A DNA stretch of 64,000 bases, from assembly GCA_964016885.1 (NCBI GenBank), contig OZ024742.1, positions 167,400,001 through 167,464,000 of the forward strand, read 5' to 3'. Shown here piece by piece: positions 1 through 10,700 of the stretch (the stretch's first letter is position 1; every line of letters starts with the position of its first letter). The notes beneath the pieces were generated by a model that did no database searches, was not told where the DNA came from, and saw nothing but the letters and a program-made list of their open reading frames with translations. Made by a program: the position numbers and the translations under genes. Source of the DNA: Eledone cirrhosa. Lineage: Eukaryota.

Positions 1-227
1 CCAAGGGGAGATAATTTCCAGCCGTGCAAGGGGAGATAATTTCCAGCCGTCCAAGGGGAGATAATTTCCATCCTTCCAAGGGGAGATAATTTCCAGCCGT
101 CCAAGGGGAGATAATTTCCCGCCAGCCAAGGGAAGATAATTTTTTAAAAAATCAGGCGGAGATTGTAAAAAAAATCAGGGGGAGATAATTTGTAAAAAAA
201 TCAGGGGGAGATAATTTGTAAAAAAAA

Positions 228-470
228 TCAAGGGGAGATAATTTCCAGCTGTCCAAAGGGAGGTAATATCTAGCCGTCCAAAGCGAGATAATTTCCAGCC
301 GTCCAAGGGGAGATAATTTCCAGCCGTCCAAGGGTAGATAATATCCAGCCGTCCAAGGAGACATATTTTCCAGCCGTCCAAGGAGAGGTAATTTCTAGCC
401 GTCCAAGTGGAGATAAATTCCAGCCTCCAAGGGGAGATAATTTCCAGCCAGCCAAGGGGAGATAATTTGT
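228..470 (+). repeat. Example type-A block: fixed-order cassette of variant 25-bp monomers (cassette 1)
   Basis: The order GAGGTAATATCTAG / consensus / consensus / GGTAGATAATATCC / GAGACATATTTTCC / GAGAGGTAATTTCTAG / GATAAATTCCAGCCTCC / CCAGCCAGCC recurs in full or in part at about 1320, 2995, 3970, 4810, 7470, 8500, 10180 and throughout. Confidence 0.93.
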
Positions 471-1115
471 AAAAAAATCAGGGGGAGATAATTTGTAAAA
501 AAAATCAGGGGGAGATAATTTGTAAAAAAAAATCAGGGGGAGATAATTTGTAAAAAAAATCAGGGGGAGATAATTTGTAAAAAAAATCAAGGGGAGATAA
601 TTTCCAGCCGTCCAAGGAGAGATAATTTTAAAAAAAAATCAGGCGGAGATAATTTGTAAAAAAAAATCAGGGGGAGATAATTTGTAAAAAAAAATCAGGG
701 GGAGATAATTTGTAAAAAAAATCAAGGGGAGATAATTTCCAGCCGTCCAAGGGGAGATAATTTTCAGCCGTCCAAGGGGAGATAATTTCCAGCCGTCCAA
801 GGGGAGATAATTTGAAAAAAAAATCAGGCGGAGATAATTTGTAAAAAAAATCAAGGGGAGATAATTTGCAACCGTCCAAGGGGACATAATTTTCAGTCGT
901 CCAAGGAGAGGTAATTTCTAGCCGTACAAGGGGAGATAATTTCCAGCCGTCCAAGGGGAGATAATTTCCAGCCGTCCAAGGGGAGATAATTTTTTTTAAA
1001 AAATCAGGCGGAGATAATTTGTAAAAAAAAAATCAGGGGGAGATAATTTGTAAAAAAAAATCAGGGGTAGATAATTTGTAAAAAAAATCAGGGGGAGATA
1101 ATTTGTAAAAAAAAT

Positions 1116-1260
1116 CAAGGGGAGATAATTTCCAGCCGTCCAAGGGAAGATAATTTCCAGCCCTCCAAGGGGCTATAATTTCCAGCGTCCAAGGGGAGAT
1201 AATTTCCAGCCAGCGAAGGGGAGATAATTGTTTTAAAAAAATCATTGGGAGATTTGTAAA
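1116..1260 (+). repeat. Example variant cassette 2 (GGGAAGATAATTTCCAGCCCTCC / GGGGCTATAATTTCCAGCGTCC / CCAGCCAGCGAAGGGG)
   Basis: The same ordered trio recurs at about 4455, 4630, 5820, 6860, 8330, 11505, 12880 and later. Sub-lineages include TTTCAAGCCCTCC and CAGCACTCCAACGGGCT. Confidence 0.9.
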
Positions 1261-2336
1261 AAAAATCAGGGGGAGATAATTAATAAAAAAAGTCAAGGGG
1301 AGATAATTTCCAGCCGTCCAAGGGGAGGTAATATCTAGCCGTCCAAGGGGAGATAATTTCCAGCCGTCCAAGGGGAGATAATTTCCAGCCGTCCAAGGGT
1401 AGATAATATCCAGCCGTCCAAGGAGACATATTTTCCAGCCGTCCAAGGAGAGGTAATTTCTAGCCGTCCAAGGGGAGATAAATTCCAGCCTCCAAGGGGA
1501 GATAATTTCCAGCCAGCCAAGGGGAGATAATTTGTAAAAAAATCAGGGGGAGATAATTTGTAAAAAAAATCAGGGGTAGATAATTTGTAAAAAAAAATCA
1601 GGGGGAGATAATTTGTAAAAAAAAATCAGGGGGAGATAATTTGTAAAAAAAATCAAGGGGAGATAATTTCCAGCCGTCCAAGGAGAGATAATTTTTAAAA
1701 AAAATCAGGCGGAGATAATTTGTAAAAAAAAATCAGGGGGAGATAATTTGTAAAAAAAAATCAGGGGGAGATAATTTGTAAAAAAAATCAAGGGGAGATA
1801 ATTTCCAGCCGTCCAAGGGGAGATAATTTCCAGCCGTCCAAGGGGAAATAATTTTTTTAAAAAAATCAGGCGGAGATAATTTGTAAAAAAAATCAGGGGG
1901 AGATAATTTGTAAAAAAAAATCAGGGGGAGATAATTTGTAAAAAAAAATCAGGGGGAGATAATTTCCAGCCGTCCAAGGTAAGATAATTTCCAGCCCTCC
2001 AAGGGGCTATAATTTCCAGCATCCAAGGGGAGATAATTTCCAGCCGTCCAAGGGTAGATAATATCCAGCCGTCCAAGTAGACATATTTTCCAGCCGTCCA
2101 AGGAGAGGTAATTTCTAGCCGTCCAAGGGGAGATAAATTCCAGCCTCCAAAGGTAGATAATTTCCAGCCAGCCAAGGGGAGATAATTTGTAAAAAAATCA
2201 GGGGGAGATAATTTGTAAAAAAAATCAGGGGGAGATAATTTGTAAAAAAAAATCAGGGGGAGATAATTTGTAAAAAAAAATCAGGGGGAGATAATTTGTA
2301 AAAAAAAATCAGGGGGAGATAATTTGTAAAAAAAAT

Positions 2337-2545
2337 CAAGGGGAGATAATTTCCAGCCGTCCAAGGGGAGATAATTTTCAGCCGTCCAAGGGGAGATAAT
2401 TTCCAGCCGTCCAAGGGGAGATAATTTCCATCCTTCCAAGGGGAGATAATTTCCAGCCGTCCAAGGGGAGATAATTTTCAGTCGTCCAAGGGGAGATAAT
2501 TTCCCGCCAGCCAAGGGAAGATAATATTTTAAAAAATCAGGCGGA
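2337..2545 (+). repeat. Example variant cassette 3 (TTTCCATCCTTCC ... TTTCCCGCCAGCC / GGGAAGATAATATTT / CAGGCGGAG)
   Basis: It recurs at about 60, 5230, 7280, 9610, 11010, 13300 and later. It is usually followed by a GGGAAG hybrid unit and a CAGGCGGAG type-B unit. Confidence 0.9.
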
Positions 2546-2790
2546 GATAATTTGTAAAAAAAATCAGGGGGAGATAATTTGTAAAAAAATCAGGGGGAGA
2601 TAATTTGTAAAAAAAAAATCAGGGGGAGATAATTTGTAAAAAAAATCAGGGGGAGATAATTTGTAAAAAAAAAATCAGGGGTAGATAATTTGTAAAAAAA
2701 AATCAGGGGGAGATAATTTGTAAAAAAAAAATCAGGGGGAGATAATTTGTAAAAAAAATCAGGGGGAGATAATTTGTAAAAAAAAATCAG
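2538..2790 (+). repeat. Example type-B block: tandem 26-29-bp A-tract monomers
   Basis: About nine consecutive CAGGGGGAGATAATTTGT(A7-10)T units. The pattern of A-tract lengths is reproduced at about 9720-9970, 20860-21110 and 29460-29710. Confidence 0.95.
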
Positions 2791-4779
2791 GGGGAGATAA
2801 TTTCCAGCCGTCCAAGGGGAGATAATTTTCAGCCGTCCAAGGGGAGATAATTTCCCGCCAGCCAAGGGAAGATAATATTTAAAAAAATCAGGCGGAGATA
2901 ATTTGTAAAAAAAATCAGGGGGAGATAATTTGTAAAAAAATCAGGGGGAGATAATTTGTAAAAAAAATCAAGGGGAGATAATTTCCAGCCGTCCAAGGGG
3001 AGGTAATATCTAGCCGTCCAAGGGGAGATAATTTCCAGCCGTCCAAGAGGAGATAATTTCCAGCCGTCCAAGGGTAGATAATATCCAGCCGTCCAAGGAG
3101 ACATATTTTCCAGCCGTCCAAGGAGAGGTAATTTCTAGCCGTCCAAGGGGAGATAAATTCCAGCCTCCAAAGGGAGATAATTTCCAGCCAGCCAAGGGGA
3201 GATAATTTGTAAAAAAAATCAAGGGGAGATAATTTGTAAAAAAAATCAGGGGGAGATAATTTGTAAAAAAAAATCAGGGGGAGATAATTTGTAAAAAAAA
3301 TCAGGGGGAGATAATTTGTAAAAAAAAATCAAGGGGAGATAATTTCCAGCCGTCCAAGGGGAGATAATTTCCCGCCAGCCAAGGGAAGATAATATTTAAA
3401 AAATCAGGCGGAGATAATTTGTAAAAAAAATCAGGGGGAGATAATTTGTAAAAAAATCAGGGGGAGATAATTTGTAAAAAAAAAATCAGGGGGAGATAAT
3501 TTGTAAAAGAAATCAGGGGGAGATGATTTGTAAAAAAAAATCAGGGGTAGATAATTTGTAAAAAAAAATCAGGGGGAGATAATTTGTAAAAAAAAATCAG
3601 GGGGAGATAATTTGTAAAAAAAAATCAGTGGGAGATAATTTGTAAAAAAATCAAGGGGAGATAATATGCAGCCGTCCAAGGGGAGATAATTTTCAGCCGT
3701 CCAAGGAGAGTTAATTTCTAGCCGTCCAAGGGGAGATAATTTCCAGCCGTCCAAGGGGAGATAATTTCCAGCCGTCCAAGGGGAGATAGTTTTTTTAAAA
3801 AAATCAGGCGGAGATAATTTGTAAAAAAAAAATCAGGGGGAGATAATTTGTAAAAAAAAATCAGGGGGAGATAATTTGTAAAAAAAAATCAAGGGGAGAT
3901 AATTTGTAAAAAAAATCAGGGGGAGATAATTAGTAAAAAAATCAAGGGGAGATAATTTCCAGCCGTCCAAGGGGAGGTAATATCTAGCCGTCCAAGGGGA
4001 GATAATTTCCAGCCGTCCAAGGGGAGATAATTTCCAGCCGTCCAAGGGTAGATAATATCCAGCCGTCCAAGTAGACATATTTTCCAGCCGTCCAAGGAGA
4101 GGTAATTTCTAGCCGTCCAAGGGGAGATAAATTCTAGCCTCCAAGGGGAGATAATTTCCAGCCAGCCAAGGGGAGATAATTTGTAAAAAAATCAGGGGGA
4201 GATAATTTGTAAAAAAAATCAGGGGGAGATAATTTGTAAAAAAAAATCAGGGGGAGATAATTTGTAAAAAAAATCAGGGGGAGATAATTTGTAAAAAAAA
4301 ATCAGGGGGAGATAATTTGTAAAAAAAATCAAGGGGAGATAATTTCCAGCCGTCCAAGGGGAGATAATTTCCAGCCGTCCAAGGGGAGGTAATATCTAGC
4401 CGTCCAAGGGGAGATAATTTCCAGCCGTCCAAGAGGAGATAATTTCCAGCCGTCCAAGGGAAGATAATTTCAAGCCCTCCAAGGGGCTATAATTTCCAGT
4501 GTCCAAGGGGAGATAATTTCCAGCCAGCGAAGGGGAGATAATTTTTTTTTAAAAATCAGGGGGAGATTTGTAAAAAAAATCAGGGGGAGATAATTTGTAA
4601 AAAAAATCAAGGGGAGATAATTTCCAGCCGTCGAAGGGAAGATAATTTCCAGCCCTCCAAGGGGCTATAATTTCCAGCGTCCAAGGGGAGATAATTTCCA
4701 GCCAGCGAAGGGGAGATAATTTTTTTAAAAAAATCATTGGGAGATTTGTAAAAAAAATCAGGGAGAGACAATTTGTAAA

Positions 4780-7700
4780 AAAAATCAAGGGGAGATAATT
4801 TCCAGCCGTCCAAGGGGAGGTAATATCTAGCCGTCCAAGGGGAGATAATTTCCAGCCGTCCAAGGGGAGATAATTTCCAGCCGTCCAAGGGTAGATAATA
4901 TCCAGCCGTCCAAGTAGACATTTTCCAGCCGTCCAAGGAGAGGTAATTTCTAGCCGTCCAAGGGGAGATAAATTCCAGCCTCCAAGGGGAGATAATTTCC
5001 AGCCAGCCAAGGGGAGATAATTTGTAAAAAAAATCAGGGGGAGATAATTTGTAAAAAAAAATCAGGGGGAGATAATTTGTAAAAAAAAATCAGGGGGAGA
5101 TAATTTGTAAAAAAAAATCAGGGGGAGATAATTTGTAAAAAAAATCAAGGGGAGATAATTTCCAGCCGTCCAAGGGGAGATAATTTTCAGCCGTCCAAGG
5201 GGAGATAATTTCCAGCCGTCCAAGGGGAGATAATTTCCATCCTTCCAAGGGGAGATAATTTCCAGCCGTCCAAGGGGAGATAATTTCCCGCCAACCAAGG
5301 GAAGATAATTTTTAAAAAAATCAGGCGGAGATTGTAAAAAAAATCAGGGGGAGATAATTTGTAAAAAAAAAATCAGGGGGAGATAATTTGTAAAAAAAAT
5401 CAGGGGGAGATAATTTGTAAAAAAAAATCAAGGGGAGATAATTTGTACAAAAAATCAGGGGTATATAATTTGTAAAAAAAAATCAGGGGGAGATAATTTG
5501 TAAAAAAAAATCAGGGGGAGATAATTTGTAAAAAAAATCAAGGGGAGATAATTTGCAGCCGTCCAAGGGGAGATAATTTTCAGGGAGAGGTAATTTCTAG
5601 TCGTCCAAGTTGAGATAATATCCAGCCGTCCAAGGGGAGATAATTTCCAGCCGTCCAAGGGGAGATAATTTTTAAAAAAAAACAGGCGAAGATAATTTGT
5701 AAAAAAAAAATCAGGGGGAGATAATTTGTAAAAAAAAATCAGGGGGAGATAATTTGTAAAAAAAAATCAGGGGGAGGTAATTTGTGAAAAAAAATCAAGG
5801 GGAGATAATTTCCAGCCGTCCAAGGGAAGATAATTTCCAGCCCTCCAAGGGGCTATAATTTCCAGCGTCCAAGGGGAGATAATTTCCAGCCAGCGAAGGG
5901 GAGATAATTTTTTTTTTTTTAAATCAGGGGGAGATAATTTGTAAAAAAAAATCAGGGGGAGATAATTTCCAGCCGTCCAAGGGGAGATAATTTTCAGCCG
6001 TCCAAGGGGAGATAATTTTCAGCCGTCCAAGGGGAGATAATTTCCCGCCAGCCAAGGAAAGATAATATTTAAAAAAATCAGGCGGAGATAATTTGTAAAA
6101 AAAAATCAGGGGGAGATAATTTGTAAAAAAAATCAATTGGAGATAATTTCCAGCCGTCCAAGGGGAGATAATTTTCAGCCGTCCAAGGAGAGGTAATTTC
6201 TAGACGTCCAAGGGGAGATAATTTCCAGCCGTCCAAGGGGAGATAATTTCCAGCCGTCCAAGGGTAGATAATATCCAGCCGTCCAAGGAGACATATTTTC
6301 CAGCTTTCCAAGGAGAGGTAATTTCTAGCCGTCCAAGGGGAGATAAATTCCAGCCTCCAAGGGGAGATAATTTCCAGCCAGCCAAGGGGAGATAATTTGT
6401 AAAAAAATCAGGGGGAGATAATTTGTAAAAAAAAATCAGGGGCAGATAATTTGTAAAAAAAATCAGGGGGAGATAATTTGTAAAAAATATCAGGGGGAGA
6501 TAATTTGTAAAAAAAATCAAGGGGAGATAATTTCCAGCCGTCCAAGGGGAGATAATTTTCAGCCGTCCAAGGGGAGATAATTTCCCGCCAGCCAAGGGAA
6601 GATAATATTTAAAAAATGAGGCGGAGATAATTTGTAAAAAAAATCAGGGGGAGATAATTTGTAAAAAAATCAGGGGGAGATAATTTGTAAAAAAAAAATC
6701 AGGGAGAGATAATTTGTAAAAAAAATCAGGGGGAGATAATTTGTAAAAAAAAATCAGGGGTAGATAATTTGTAAAAAAAAATCAGGGGGAGATAATTTGT
6801 AAAAAAAATCAGGGGGAGATAATTTGTAAAAAAAATCAAGGGGAGATAATTTCCAGCCGTCCAAGGGAAGATAATTTCAAGCCCTCCAAGGGGCTATAAT
6901 TTCCAGTGTCCAAGGGGAGATAATTTCCAGCCAGCGAAGGGGAGATAATTTTTTTTTTTAAATCAGTGGGAGATTTGTACAAAAAATCAGGGGGAGATAA
7001 TTTGTAAAAAAAATCAAAGGGAGATAATTTCCAGCCGTCCAAAGAGAGATAATTTCTAGCCGTCCAAGGGGAGATAATTTCGAGCCAAGGGGAGATAATT
7101 TCCAGCCGTCCAAGGGGAGATAATTTTTTAAAAAATCAGGTGGAGATAATTTGTAAAAAAAATCAGGGGGAGATAATTTGTAAAAACAAAATCAAGGGCA
7201 GATAATTTCCAGCTGTCCAAGGGGAGATAATTTCCAGCCGTGCAAGGGGAGATAATTTCCAGCCGTCCAAGGGGAGATAATTTCCATCCTTCCAAGGGGA
7301 GATAATTTCCAGCCGTCCAAGGGGAGATAATTTCCCGCCAGCCAAGGGAAGATAATTTTTTAAAAAATCAGGCGGAGATTGTAAAAAAAATCAGGGGGAG
7401 ATAATTTGTAAAAAAATCAGGGGGAGATAATTTGTAAAAAAATCAAGGGGAGATAATTTCCAGCTGTCCAAGGGGAGGTAATATCTAGCCGTCCAAGGGG
7501 AGATAATTTCCAGCCGTCCAAGGGGAGATAATTTCCAGCCGTCCAAGGGTAGATAATATCCAGCCGTCCAAGGAGACATATTTTCCAGCCGTCCAAGGAG
7601 AGGTAATTTCTAGCCGTCCAAGTGGAGATAAATTCCAGCCTCCAAGGGGAGATAATTTCCAGCCAGCCAAGGGGAGATAATTTGTAAAAAATTCAGGGGG

Positions 7701-10700
7701 AGATAATTTGTAAAAAAAATCAGGGGGAGATAATTTGTAAAAAAAAATCAGGGGGAGATAATTTGTAAAAAAAATCAGGGGGAGATAATTTGTAAAAAAA
7801 ATCAAGGGGAGATAATTTCCAGCCGTCCAAGGAGAGATAATTTAAAAAAAAAATCAGGCGGAGATAATTTGTAAAAAAAAATTAGGGGGAGATAATTTGT
7901 AAAAAAAAATCAGGGGGAGATAATTTGTAAAAAAAATCAAGGGGAGATAATTTCCAGCCGTCCAAGGGGAGATAATTTTCAGCCGTCCAAGGGGAGATAA
8001 TTTCCAGCCGTCCAAGGGGAGATAATTTAAAAAAAAAATCAGGCGGAGATAATTTGTAAAAAAAATCAAGGGGAGATAATTTGCAACCGTCCAAGGGGAC
8101 ATAATTTTCAGTCGTCCAAGGAGAGGTAATTTCTAGCCGTACAAGGGGAGATAATTTCCAGCCGTCCAAGGGGAGATAATTTCCAGCCGTCCAAGGGGAG
8201 ATAATTTTTTTTTAAAAATCAGGGGGAGATAATTTGTAAAAAAAAATCAGGGGGAGATAATTTGTAAAAAAAAATCAGGGGGAGATAATTTGTAAAAAAA
8301 ATCAAGGGGAGATAATTTCCAGCCGTCCAAGGGAAGATAATTTCCAGCCCTCCAAGGGGCTATAATTTCCAGCGTCCAAGGGGAGATAATTTCCAGCCAG
8401 CGAAGGGGAGATAATTGTTTTAAAAAAATCATTGGGAGATTTGTAAAAAAAATCAGGGGGAGATAATTAATAAAAAAAATCAAGGGGAGATAATTTCCAG
8501 CCGTCCAAGGGGAGGTAATATCTAGCCGTCCAAGGGGAGATAATTTCCAGCCGTCCAAGGGAGATAATTTCCAGCCGTCCAAGGGTAGATAATATCCAGC
8601 CGTCCAAGGAGACATATTTTCCAGCCGTCCAAGGAGAGGTAATTTCTAGCCGTCCAAGGGGAGATAAATTCCAGCCTCCAAGGGGAGATAATTTCCAGCC
8701 AGCCAAGGGGAGATAATTTGTAAAAAAATCAGGGGGAGATAATTTGTAAAATAAATCAGGGGTAGATAATTTGTAAAAAAAAATCAGGGGGAGATAATTT
8801 GTAAAAAAAAATCAGGGGGAGATAATATGTAAAAAAAATCAAGGGGAGATAATTTCCAGCCGTCCAAGGAGAGATAATTTTTAAAAAAAATCAGGCGGAG
8901 ATAATTTGTAAAAAAAAATCAGGGGGAGATAATTTGTAAAAAAAAATCAGGGGGAGATAATTTGTAAAAAAAATCAAGGGGAGATAATTTCCAGCCGTCC
9001 AAGGGGAGATAATTTCCAGCCGTCCAAGGGGAAATAATTTTTTTAAAAAAATCAGGCGGAGATAATTTGTAAAAAAAATCAGGGGGAGATAATTTGTAAA
9101 AAAAAATCAGGGGGAGATAATTTGTAAAAAAAAATCAGGGGGAGATAATTTCCAGCCGTCCAAGGTAAGATAATTTCCAGCCCTCCAAGGGGCTATAATT
9201 TCCAGCATCCAAGGGGAGATAATTTCCAGCCGTCCAATGGTAGATAATATCCAGCCGTCCAAGTAGACATTTTCCAGCCGTCCAAGGAGAGGTAATTTCT
9301 AGCCGTCCAAGGGGAGATAAATTCCAGCCTCCAAGGGGAGATAATTTCCAGCCAGCCAAGGGGAGATAATTTGTAAAAAAATCAGGGGGAGATAATTTGT
9401 AAAAAAAATCAGGGGGAGATAATTTGTAAAAAAAATCAGGGGGAGATAATTTGTAAAAAAAAATCAGGGGGAGATAATTTGTAAAAAAAAATCAGGGGGA
9501 GATAATTTGTAAAAAAAATCAAGGGGAGATAATTTCCAGCCGTCCAAGGGGAGATAATTTTCAGCCGTCCAAGGGGAGATAATTTCCAGCCGTCCAAGGG
9601 GAGATAATTTCCATCCTTCCAAGGGGAGATAATTTCCAGCCGTCCAAGGGGAGATAATTTTCAGTCGTCCAAGGGGAGATAATTTCCCGCCAGCCAAGGG
9701 AAGATAATATTTTAAAAAATCAGGCGGAGATAATTTGTAAAAAAAATCAGGGGGAGATAATTTGTAAAAAAATCAGGGGGAGATAATTTGTAAAAAAAAA
9801 ATCAGGGGGAGATAATTTGTAAAAAAAATCAGGGGGAGATAATTTGTAAAAAAAAAATCAGGGGTAGATAATTTGTAAAAAAAAATCAGGGGGAGATAAT
9901 TTGTAAAAAAAAAATCAGGGGGAGATAATTTGTAAAAAAAATCAGGGGGAGATAATTTGTAAAAAAAAATCAGGGGGAGATAATTTCCAGCCGTCCAAGG
10001 GGAGATAATTTTCAGCCGTCCAAGGGGAGATAATTTCCCGCCAGCCAAGGGAAGATAATATTTAAAAAAATCAGGCGGAGATAATTTGTAAAAAAAATCA
10101 GGGGGAGATAATTTGTAAAAAAATCAGGGGGAGATCATTTGTAAAAAAAATCAAGGGGAGATAATTTCCAGCCGTCCAAGGGGAGGTAATATCTAGCCGT
10201 CCAAGGGGAGATAATTTCCAGCCGTCCAACAGGAGATAATTTCCAGCCGTCCAAGGGTAGATAATATCCAGCCGTCCAAGGAGACATATTTTCCAGTCGT
10301 CCAAGGAGAGGTAATTTCTAGCCGTCCAAGGGGAGATAAATTCCAGCCTCCAAGGGGAGATAATTTCCAGCCAGCCAAGGGGAGATAATTTGTAAAAAAA
10401 ATCAGGGGGAGATAATTTGTAAAAAAAATCAGGGGTAGATAATTTGTAAAAAAAAATCAGGGGGAGATAATTTGTAAAAAAAAATCAGGGGGAGATAATT
10501 TGTAAAAAAAATCAAGGGGAGATAATTTCCAGCCGTCGAAGGGAAGATAATTTCCAGCCCTCCAAAGGGCTATAATTTCCAGCGTCCAAGGGGAGATAAT
10601 TTCCAGCCGTCCAAGGGGAGATAATTTCCAGCCGTCCAAGGGTAGATAATATCCAGCCGTCCAAGTAGACATTTTCCAGCCGTCCAAGGAGAGGTAATTT

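Larger units (their letters stand above)
1..10380 (+). repeat. Older ~7.2-kb-spaced homology (~1-3200 matches ~7215-10380)
   Basis: ORF offsets are 270/7485 and 639/7854 = 7215, 1921/9135 = 7214, and 2281/9464 and 2915/10098 = 7183. There are more substitutions than in the 11 kb and 20 kb pairs. Confidence 0.8.

Noticed and set aside
1-30. GGAG/GGAGG Shine-Dalgarno-like, TATAAT -10-like and NF-kB-like (GGGG...TTTCC) motifs within monomers
   Set aside because: These are chance matches inside satellite units with no downstream genes. The GGG-to-TTCC spacing exceeds the 10-11-bp kB consensus.
460-600. Poly(A) tails of retroposons or intrinsic terminators
   Set aside because: The A-tracts are integral, periodic parts of monomer B. 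There are no target-site duplications, element bodies or GC-rich hairpins before the T runs.
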